From assembly GCA_964432825.1 (NCBI GenBank), contig CAYSOX010000005.1, positions 1,460 through 65,459 of the forward strand: a DNA stretch of 64,000 nt, written 5' to 3'. The position numbers were made by a program, and so were the translations under genes. This DNA is from an uncultured Lachnospiraceae bacterium. Its GTDB lineage: Bacteria; Bacillota; Clostridia; Christensenellales; UBA1242. Position 1 is the first letter of the stretch. Each line of letters opens with the position of its first letter. The notes under the pieces are model-generated. The model worked only from the letters and a program-made list of their open reading frames with translations. It was not told the origin of the DNA and did no database searches. Positions 57,390-64,000 of the stretch are shown here, one piece after another.

Positions 57390-59311
57390 TGGCAGGAATG
57401 AAAAGACAGATGGGTCCACGCCCTAAAGTAAAAAAGGGAACAATGAAAAGACTTCTTAAAATGTTGTTTTCCGATTATAAATGGCAAATGCTACTTATTG
57501 TTTGCTGTTTGATAATTTCTGCAATTGGTAGTTCAGTTTCAAGTATATTCTTACAAAGAATTATTGACAATGTAATAACCCCCGCACTTGCGAGTGGTTT
57601 TGATTCGGTAAAAGCAGAGTTTTTGAAAATAATTATTACGCTTGCTAGTATATACTTGTTGGCTGTAATTTCAAGTTTAACTTATAACCAAATAGGTGCC
57701 AAGGTAACCCAAAACTTTTTGGGAAATGTTCGTGAAAGATGCTTTAAAAAGATGGAAAAACTTCCAATAAGTTATTTTGATAGTCACGCACACGGCGACA
57801 TAATGAGTTATTACACAAACGATGTAGATAGTTTGGAACAATTAATCGGTCAAACTTTACCAAACTTTATTAGTTCGGCAATTACATTAATTGTTTTGGT
57901 TAGCATTATGTGTACATTTAGTTTATGGCTAATATTGGTGGTATTTTTGTCGGTTGTGTTAATGCTTTTTGTTACCAAAAAGGTTGGTGGAAATAGTGCT
58001 AAATATTTTATTAAACAACAAAAATCTATTGCAAAATGCGAAGGCTTTATTGAAGAAATGATGAATGGTCAGAAAGTCGTTAAAGTTTTTAACCACGAAG
58101 ATGAATCAATAGCAGACTTTAAGGTTATAAACAATCAGCTTTTTGAGGACAGTTCAACAGCAAATAAGTTTGCAAATATATTAATGCCAATAATGGGTAA
58201 TATTGGAAACATTGTTTATGTCTTGCTTGCATTTGTAGGTGGTATTTTAATTGCTTTGAATGTACCAAATTTAACAATTTTGGGTATTGGCGGAGCGATT
58301 ACTACTGGTACATTGGTTTCATTCTTAACCATGAGCAAAAGTTTTACGATGAATGTTTCGCAAATTTCTCAACAGGTAAATAATATTGTTATGGCACTTG
58401 CGGGAGCCGACCGTATATTTACACTTTTAGACGAGGAAGAAGAGAAAGATAATGGGTATGTTATGCTTGTCAATGTTGAAAAGGATAACGATGGAAAAAT
58501 AACCGAAGTAGATTATAATTCTGGTCATTGGGCTTGGAAACATCAACATAAAGATGGTAGACTTACCTATACTGATTTAAATGGTAGAATTGAATTGGAA
58601 AATGTAACCTTTGGATACACTCCGCAAAAGATGGTCTTAAAAAATGTCAGCGTAGTTGCCGAGGCTGGTGAAAAAATTGCATTAGTTGGTGCAACAGGTG
58701 CTGGAAAGACTACAATTGCAAATTTGGTTAATAGATTTTACGACATTCAAGGTGGTAAAATTAGATATGATGGCATAAATGTTACAAAAATTAAAAAGCC
58801 GGATTTGAGGCGATCTCTTGCAATGGTGCTACAAGATACCAACTTGTTTACTGGAACGGTAATGGATAATATTAGGTATGGAAATTTGGAAGCAACAGAC
58901 GAAATGTGTGTTGAGGCAGCAAAACTTGCAAATGCACACGACTTTATTATGAGGCTTCCAAATGGATACAATACCGAACTTGTAAATGATGGCGCAAATC
59001 TCTCTCAAGGGCAACGACAACTTTTGAGTATTGCTCGTGCAGCGGTTGCAAATGCTCCAGTTTTGATATTGGATGAAGCGACCTCAAGTATTGATACAAG
59101 AACTGAAAAAATTGTCCAAGCGGGAATGGATGCGTTGATGAAAGGGCGAACAGTTTTTGTTATTGCACACCGATTGAGTACCATTCAAAATAGTAGTAAA
59201 ATTATAGTTCTAGACAATGGCGAAATCTTAGAAATGGGTAACCATGAAGAACTTATTAGCAAAAAGGGTAGATACTATCAATTGTATACTGGTGCAGTTG
59301 ACCTCGATTAG
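57389..59311 (+). CDS. ABC exporter, fused permease/ATPase (heterodimer half 2)
   Basis: Walker A GATGAGKTT, signature LSQGQRQL, Walker B LILDEA. ATGA-type overlap with the upstream gene. Confidence 0.9.
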   Translation: MAGMKRQMGPRPKVKKGTMKRLLKMLFSDYKWQMLLIVCCLIISAIGSSVSSIFLQRIIDNVITPALASGFDSVKAEFLKIIITLASIYLLAVISSLTYNQIGAKVTQNFLGNVRERCFKKMEKLPISYFDSHAHGDIMSYYTNDVDSLEQLIGQTLPNFISSAITLIVLVSIMCTFSLWLILVVFLSVVLMLFVTKKVGGNSAKYFIKQQKSIAKCEGFIEEMMNGQKVVKVFNHEDESIADFKVINNQLFEDSSTANKFANILMPIMGNIGNIVYVLLAFVGGILIALNVPNLTILGIGGAITTGTLVSFLTMSKSFTMNVSQISQQVNNIVMALAGADRIFTLLDEEEEKDNGYVMLVNVEKDNDGKITEVDYNSGHWAWKHQHKDGRLTYTDLNGRIELENVTFGYTPQKMVLKNVSVVAEAGEKIALVGATGAGKTTIANLVNRFYDIQGGKIRYDGINVTKIKKPDLRRSLAMVLQDTNLFTGTVMDNIRYGNLEATDEMCVEAAKLANAHDFIMRLPNGYNTELVNDGANLSQGQRQLLSIARAAVANAPVLILDEATSSIDTRTEKIVQAGMDALMKGRTVFVIAHRLSTIQNSSKIIVLDNGEILEMGNHEELISKKGRYYQLYTGAVDLD

Positions 59312-59317
59312 TAAATG

Positions 59318-59347
59318 AAAATCTCATCAATTATGATGAGATTTTTT
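59318..59347 (+). terminator. intrinsic terminator
   Basis: Perfect 12-bp stem AAAATCTCATCA/TGATGAGATTTT, 4-nt loop, T run. Confidence 0.8.
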
Positions 59348-59568
59348 GTATAAATTAAAAAAAATTAATGGGGTAAAAATGAAGGTGTTTTATTGGTTGA
59401 TTAGTTTTTCGACCGAGTTAATACAAGGCAAAATATGGCAAATTTAAGGCTATTTTCAATAGGTGTGAATTTAAAACTTTTTAAAAATTGAAAACAAAGC
59501 GAAATTTTGGGAGGTTTTTTTAAAAAGTTTTTTTCAAATAAAATTCCTAAAATTTACGCAAATTATGT

Positions 59569-59597
59569 TTGACACTTTCTAAAAATTTTACTATACT
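59569..59597 (+). promoter_or_regulatory. sigma-A promoter
   Basis: TTGACA, 17-nt spacer, TATACT. Confidence 0.6.
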
Positions 59598-59625
59598 ATA
59601 AGTAGTTAAAGTTGAGGTAAAAAAT

Positions 59626-60411
59626 ATGAATACAAATGTAAGTTTAAACAAAAATTTAAATTCAAATGAAATTCAAGCGGGTAATAAATTTGCTTTTGAT
59701 GTTTGGTATGCCGAAGCATGGAGTAGACGCCAAGGATATTTTTCTTTTAAAATTGCAAACAATCTTAAAAAGAAATCTGAGAAAGAGGGTAGAACAATTA
59801 ATAGCGTTTTGGATGTTTGCTCGGGGTCAGGCGAATTTTTAAATGTTTGTAACACTTTCATAAAAGACTGTATGGGTGTTGATAATGCGGGTGGATATCT
59901 TGATTATGTAAAAACTAAATATCCAAATATTAAGTTTAAAAGAATTGAAAAATTATATACATTTGATTTGGGTAAAAAATTTGATTTGATTACCTGTAAC
60001 CACGATGTAGTTAATATGTTTTTAAAGTTTGAAGAATGGGAAGAATTTTTCCGTTCGTGCTTTAAGCACTTAAACGAAGGTGGTGAATTGCTTTTTGATT
60101 TTTATAGCGAAGAAAAAATGAACACATGGGAAAAGGTTAGTTTTGAACAAGATTACACTTTGGATTATGTTCAGAAGGTTTCTAATGAAAATGGCGTGTG
60201 TGTAATGGATGAAGTTTATTATATTCGAGAGAATGAATCTTTATATAGAAAAACTGCCGATAAAATGATAGAAACGGGTTTCCCAACCGATGCAATATTA
60301 AAAGCAATTCAAGATGCTGGATTTAGAAGCGTTGAATTTATTAATATTGATTTTGAAAAAGTTAGTAGAGATGATAATGTGGAAAGAGTTCATCTGCTTT
60401 GCAAAAAATAA
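59626..60411 (+). CDS. class I SAM-dependent methyltransferase
   Basis: Motif I VLDVCSGSGEF and motif post-II FDLITC. Confidence 0.75.
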   Translation: MNTNVSLNKNLNSNEIQAGNKFAFDVWYAEAWSRRQGYFSFKIANNLKKKSEKEGRTINSVLDVCSGSGEFLNVCNTFIKDCMGVDNAGGYLDYVKTKYPNIKFKRIEKLYTFDLGKKFDLITCNHDVVNMFLKFEEWEEFFRSCFKHLNEGGELLFDFYSEEKMNTWEKVSFEQDYTLDYVQKVSNENGVCVMDEVYYIRENESLYRKTADKMIETGFPTDAILKAIQDAGFRSVEFINIDFEKVSRDDNVERVHLLCKK

Positions 60412-60431
60412 AAAATAATTTATTAAAGTGA

Positions 60432-60460
60432 TTGACAAAATATTATGTTTAATATATAAT
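60432..60460 (+). promoter_or_regulatory. consensus sigma-A promoter upstream of the tRNA-Thr locus
   Basis: TTGACA (60432-60437), 17-nt spacer, TATAAT (60455-60460). Confidence 0.7.
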
Positions 60461-60555
60461 GGTTATCGTGATATTTATCAAAGTCTTGGTAAGGTTTTGA
60501 TTTTGCAGTTGCAAAAATAAATGTCAATCATTGTAGCACGAGTTTTCGTGCATAT

Positions 60556-60594
60556 GCTGATGTGGCTCAGTCGGTAGAGCACCGCCTTGGTAAG
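60556..60594 (+). pseudogene. truncated tRNA-Thr, 5' half only (nt 1-39)
   Basis: 37/39 identity to the first 39 nt of the intact tRNA-Thr located exactly 100 bp downstream. Similarity stops just past the anticodon loop, and no 3' arm follows. Confidence 0.8.
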
Positions 60595-60655
60595 ACAAGG
60601 AAAGCACTACTTTGACCACTTTTAAAATTAAATATTTGCTCCGTTTTGGAGCCAT

Positions 60656-60731
60656 GCTGATGTAGCTCAGTCGGTAGAGCACTGCCTTGGTAAGGCAGAG
60701 GTCACGGGTTCAAGTCCCGTCATCAGCTCCA
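60656..60731 (+). tRNA. tRNA-Thr (anticodon GGT), CCA encoded
   Basis: Cloverleaf: GCTGATG-TA-GCTC-AGTCGGTA-GAGC-A-CTGCC-TT GGT AA-GGCAG-AGGTC-ACGGG-TTCAAGT-CCCGT-CATCAGC-T-CCA. Confidence 0.95.
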
Positions 60732-60736
60732 ATCAT

Positions 60737-60785
60737 AAACCTTTGAAAAACCCTTATAAATAGGCACTTTCAAAGGTTTTTTATT
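60737..60785 (+). terminator. intrinsic terminator after tRNA-Thr
   Basis: 12-bp stem AAACCTTTGAAA/TTTCAAAGGTTT followed by a T run. Confidence 0.7.
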
Positions 60786-60822
60786 TTCTAAAATATTTGA
60801 TAAATTTTTGCTCAAAAAATAT

Positions 60823-60956
60823 TTGCTGTCAATTTTTGGAGCAATTGCTGTCAAAAAAAAGACAAAAAAATAGACCGATAGTCAAATATTGAACTATCGG
60901 TCTAAATTGTTTTAATACTATATAAAACTGATACATTTGCTGTCAATTGCTGTCAA
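60823..60956 (+). repeat. four direct copies of TTGCTGTCAA (candidate integrase arm-type sites)
   Basis: Exact 10-mers at 60823-60832, 60845-60854, 60937-60946 and 60947-60956. A degenerate TTGCTCAA is at 60807. Confidence 0.6.
60864..60904 (-). terminator. intrinsic terminator for the leftward int operon
   Basis: Perfect 12-bp stem TAGACCGATAGT/ACTATCGGTCTA, 10-nt loop, T7 run on the minus strand. Confidence 0.8.
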
Positions 60957-61693
60957 ACTAAAAACTTCAAAGCCAAGTCAATTAAAGCTAAACACCTATT
61001 ATAGAAATAATCATAAAAGTTATCATCTATTATTTCAATCTTATCTAATTCGTGATGTCTAATTCTATGTTTATTTCCCAAATCAGTAAGTTTAATAAAC
61101 TCATCATTAAACAATTGATAATATATTTCATTGGAATGACTAATCTGTTCTATAATTTTTTCAACAGATTTCTTTTTGTCTAATCCGTCTTTCATATAAT
61201 AAGTTTTTAGTCTTTCAAGAGCGTCCCACATTTTCTCTGTCGCTATCTTTTTGTCTTTTTTATAATATGCTTGAGCTTCATCTATTAATTCTTTTAGTCC
61301 CTTTTCTTGAACATTATTTGTATCTGTTGAAATCACAATACCTGAGTATTTATTTAAAATGTTGATACAATTTTGTTTGTTTTGTTTCAACATAACAGAA
61401 ATAGTCGGGTCATCTGCATTTTTAAAACCAAATCTAAACGATTTAACTTTATAAACTTCATAATAGTCAATCAAATCTTGTAAAAGTTTCATTTTATCTT
61501 TTATAGAAATTGTATTATCAGCAAAATAAGCATTTAATGATTTTCCCTTTGATAATCCATATCTTGACTTAATATCTACACCTATGCTTTTTGTAACAAA
61601 CTTAGCAAAAGAGTCGTCTGAAAAATCTAAAACATAACCACCTTCATTAAACATGGTATCAATATACATTAATTCAACAGCTGTTAATTCCAT
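60953..61693 (-). CDS. integrase-proximal cargo protein, hypothetical (possible Abi/HEPN-like)
   Basis: AGGAGA RBS before ATG 61693; the ORF-track start 61801 overlaps int and lacks an RBS. The C-terminal GNKHRIRHHE loosely resembles the RNxxxHHE HEPN/Abi motif. The functional call is weak. Confidence 0.6.
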   Translation of the reverse strand: MELTAVELMYIDTMFNEGGYVLDFSDDSFAKFVTKSIGVDIKSRYGLSKGKSLNAYFADNTISIKDKMKLLQDLIDYYEVYKVKSFRFGFKNADDPTISVMLKQNKQNCINILNKYSGIVISTDTNNVQEKGLKELIDEAQAYYKKDKKIATEKMWDALERLKTYYMKDGLDKKKSVEKIIEQISHSNEIYYQLFNDEFIKLTDLGNKHRIRHHELDKIEIIDDNFYDYFYNRCLALIDLALKFLV

Positions 61694-61757
61694 AATCTCT
61701 CCTAATAGTGTAATTATAGCATATTGAAATTTATAATACAATAATAGGCAATAAGAA

Positions 61758-63119
61758 TTACATCTCAAAATCTTTTTCTTTCTTCTTTTTCTTCCTTTCA
61801 AGTTCTCTAATCATTCTATCAATTTCTTCATCAGTTAGTTCTGGCTCTTTTGGCTTTTCAATTTCAAATTCTTTCTCTTTTTGTTGTTCTTGAATTTTAG
61901 TATTTAATCGGTCGGTCGCTTCTCTCACATAATCACTATTAACTGAGTTATAAACCGTGATTGTCGTTTTAACATCTCTATGTCCTAAAAGTTGTTGAAT
62001 TACTTTTGGATTTTCGTTTAGTTCAAATAGCATATTAGAGAAAGTATGTCTTAATCCGTGAAAGTGAATATTGAACTTGTTTAAACCATTTCTTTTCTTA
62101 AATCTATCAAATATCTTTCTGGTGCCTGAATATGTCCTATAACTACCATCATCATTAGCAAAGACAAAAGATGTTGGAGATGTCAAAATTGCTGTTACAT
62201 CAGGATTTGTTTGTTGTCTTTCGTTTTGTTTATCTTTCCATTGTTTTAAGGTTTCAAGGACAATATCTGTTACAGGTATATCTCTAACACTACAAGTTGT
62301 TTTCGTGTCGCCAATGACTGTTTTTCGGTCTTTTACATTGCCTTCTTCATCAAACTTTGGAACTTGTGTTATTGCTCTTTCAACCTTGATTGATTTGTTC
62401 TTAAAATCTATATTTTTCCACTTTAAAGCAAGAGCTTCGCCAATACGAAGTCCTGCAAACATAAGAGTAATACAAAGCGGTTTAATAAAGTTCGCTTCAT
62501 CTTTATTCAATGCTTCCAAAAACTTATCTCTAATCTCTGGTGGCAATGCTTTGTATTTTTCATCATTGTCTTCTTCATAAATGTTTCGTTTGCCTTTAAC
62601 TTTTACTTTTAGGGTAGGATTTACAAGAATCCATTTATTATCTATGGCATACTCAAAAAATTGATTTAATAGATGTTTGCATTTCTTTATAGTGTCGTTG
62701 CTATAACCTTCTTCAATTAGGTTGTTGACCAATTTTTGTATAGCATAGTTATCTATTTCATAAACTTTCATTTTGCCGATTTGGGGTGCAATATGCAGTT
62801 TAAAGTTTCTAATATTACCTTCAAATGTTCGTGGACTTACAGCACTCTTTTTGAAAGTCATAAGATATTCAAACATTAAAGTTTCCAAGTTGTTATTCTC
62901 AACTAACTCATAAGAATTACTTTTCATTCTGCCACTAATTTCGGATAGTTTTTTAATAACTTCTGCTTGTGTTTTTCCATAGATAGTTTTTCTAATAATC
63001 TTGCCATTTTCATCATAGCCCATTGTTAAAGCGCCGCCCCAACGACCATCACTTCTTTGAAAAACTGAACCTTCATTATTTGCTCTGCGAGTTTTGCTTA
63101 CTGCTTTCTTTTTAGCCAT
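61758..63119 (-). CDS. int: tyrosine site-specific integrase
   Basis: SAM-like N-terminal domain. Catalytic signature ...GLRIGEAL..., HGLRHTFSNML, LLGHRDVKTTITVY. Lys/Glu-rich C-terminal extension. Confidence 0.9.
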   Translation of the reverse strand: MAKKKAVSKTRRANNEGSVFQRSDGRWGGALTMGYDENGKIIRKTIYGKTQAEVIKKLSEISGRMKSNSYELVENNNLETLMFEYLMTFKKSAVSPRTFEGNIRNFKLHIAPQIGKMKVYEIDNYAIQKLVNNLIEEGYSNDTIKKCKHLLNQFFEYAIDNKWILVNPTLKVKVKGKRNIYEEDNDEKYKALPPEIRDKFLEALNKDEANFIKPLCITLMFAGLRIGEALALKWKNIDFKNKSIKVERAITQVPKFDEEGNVKDRKTVIGDTKTTCSVRDIPVTDIVLETLKQWKDKQNERQQTNPDVTAILTSPTSFVFANDDGSYRTYSGTRKIFDRFKKRNGLNKFNIHFHGLRHTFSNMLFELNENPKVIQQLLGHRDVKTTITVYNSVNSDYVREATDRLNTKIQEQQKEKEFEIEKPKEPELTDEEIDRMIRELERKKKKKEKDFEM

Positions 63120-63378
63120 TTTGCACCTCGCTTGTGTTGTTGTTTAAAGTGAGCCAAGTAACAAAATTTAACACACTTACAACTTGTCTTTTTCCAACTT
63201 TTGTTGTTGGAAAATTTTTACTTCTCATCAAATTTCTAACGTTATCTCTTCCAAGACCTGTAATCTTTATTAGGTCTTCACAATCAAGAAAATCTTTATT
63301 GTATTTCTGCGAAATTCTATCGACTTCGCATTGTATTAAATTGTTAATATTAAGTTGTGTATTGTTTTCAAATGTCAT
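63112..63378 (-). CDS. xis: excisionase-family / MerR-like helix-turn-helix DNA-binding protein
   Basis: DLIKITGLGRDNVRNLMRSKNFPTTKVGKRQVVSVLNFVTWL is HTH_17-like. It overlaps the int start by 8 nt. Confidence 0.7.
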   Translation of the reverse strand: MTFENNTQLNINNLIQCEVDRISQKYNKDFLDCEDLIKITGLGRDNVRNLMRSKNFPTTKVGKRQVVSVLNFVTWLTLNNNTSEVQNG

Positions 63379-63642
63379 AAATTATTCATTCCTTTTAACC
63401 ATAAATTTTTGTCTCCTTTTCTACAACTTCAAGTGGACTATTCGCTTTGAGCAATAGTCGTTTTTTTACATTCAAGTCCTTCTTTCACAACTTGACAATC
63501 GGTGTTCGGGTATCCCGACAGCCGAAACTATGAGTAGAAACCAATTAAAAGTATGTGTGTCAGTAAAAAGTGCTATTTTTAGGCGCTTTTGCACACATAA
63601 ATCTTTTATTGTTTCTACCTTATGCTCTATACTAAATATAAT

Positions 63643-64000
63643 CTACATTTCCATCTCACAACCACCATCGTCAATGATTAAACCTTCTTCTTTCAATCTC
63701 TTGAAATGGACTTCTTCAAGGTTTCTCATAAACTCTTGAAATGAGTGGATTGCTTCGTATTCTACAAGACGATTTAGGTAAATACATTGGTCTAATAGTT
63801 GCGACATCTTCTTTCGTTGCATTGCTTTTTCCATTTTGTATTTAGCATTAAGTTGAGTTCTTTCAAACTCTAATTTTTTTATCTCTAATGCTTGTTTAAT
63901 TACAATGCCACCAAGTCGTCTATATAGGTCTTTTTGCATTTGGTCGCCAATGGTTGATGTTTGTTTATAACCATTCCTTTTGCAATATTTATCTATGGTG
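63643..64000 (-). CDS. hypothetical element protein, 5' end probably outside the window
   Basis: The minus-strand frame of ORF 63643-63939 stays open with no stop up to position 63999 (...TIDKYCKRNGYKQTSTIGDQ-MQKDLYRRLG...), so the gene may start beyond the window. Confidence 0.5.
   Translation of the reverse strand, partial: TIDKYCKRNGYKQTSTIGDQMQKDLYRRLGGIVIKQALEIKKLEFERTQLNAKYKMEKAMQRKKMSQLLDQCIYLNRLVEYEAIHSFQEFMRNLEEVHFKRLKEEGLIIDDGGCEMEM

Larger units (their letters stand above)
60732..64000. mobile_element. left part of a tRNA-Thr-associated integrative element (prophage, ICE or IME) that continues past the window end
   Basis: The tyrosine integrase and excisionase-like HTH are transcribed toward the tRNA 3' end, with repeated candidate arm sites between tRNA and int. 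The right boundary is not in the window. Confidence 0.65.

Overview
AT-rich (by eye about one-third G+C) chromosomal window from a spore-forming Bacillota, probably Clostridia-like. Most of it is housekeeping. It holds sporulation and division genes (yabP-yabQ-divIC, spoIIE, tilS, veg, a DUF3794/SPOCS protein). It also holds a translation cluster (rpmG-secE-nusG-rplK-rplA ... rplJ-rplL, plus an orphan rplI), addB-addA, hup, dusB, pgk-tpiA-secG, mrnC-rlmB-sigH-dnaX-ybaB-recR, two ABC half-transporter exporters, tRNA-Arg(CCT) and tRNA-Thr(GGT). Five accessory or unusual regions stand out. (1) A 4.1-kb McrBC type IV restriction island sits between rplA and rplJ, and its mcrB is split by a 1-nt frameshift in an A5 run. 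(2) At tRNA-Thr there is a truncated 5' half-tRNA copy exactly 100 bp upstream of the intact gene, followed by an integrative element that runs off the window: TTGCTGTCAA x4 repeats, a possible Abi/HEPN-like cargo ORF, a tyrosine integrase and an excisionase-like HTH. (3) At the left edge a DUF4143 ATPase converges on an internally duplicated ThyX-like protein with a Cys-rich tail, next to a methyltransferase-like ORF. (4) An 11-kb run of separately transcribed, uncharacterised envelope proteins (Big_2, GLUG-like, possible TasA-like) ends in a MOP flippase. (5) Several degenerate tandem arrays lie in intergenic DNA, with periods of 40 bp, about 65 bp, 101 bp and 16 bp. No CRISPR array, rRNA, transposase or reverse transcriptase was seen. 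I did not find a gene cluster that I can firmly call a new system. The best candidates are the McrBC island with its two accessory ORFs and the integrase-proximal cargo. All functional calls rest on motif recognition by eye, with no database searches.
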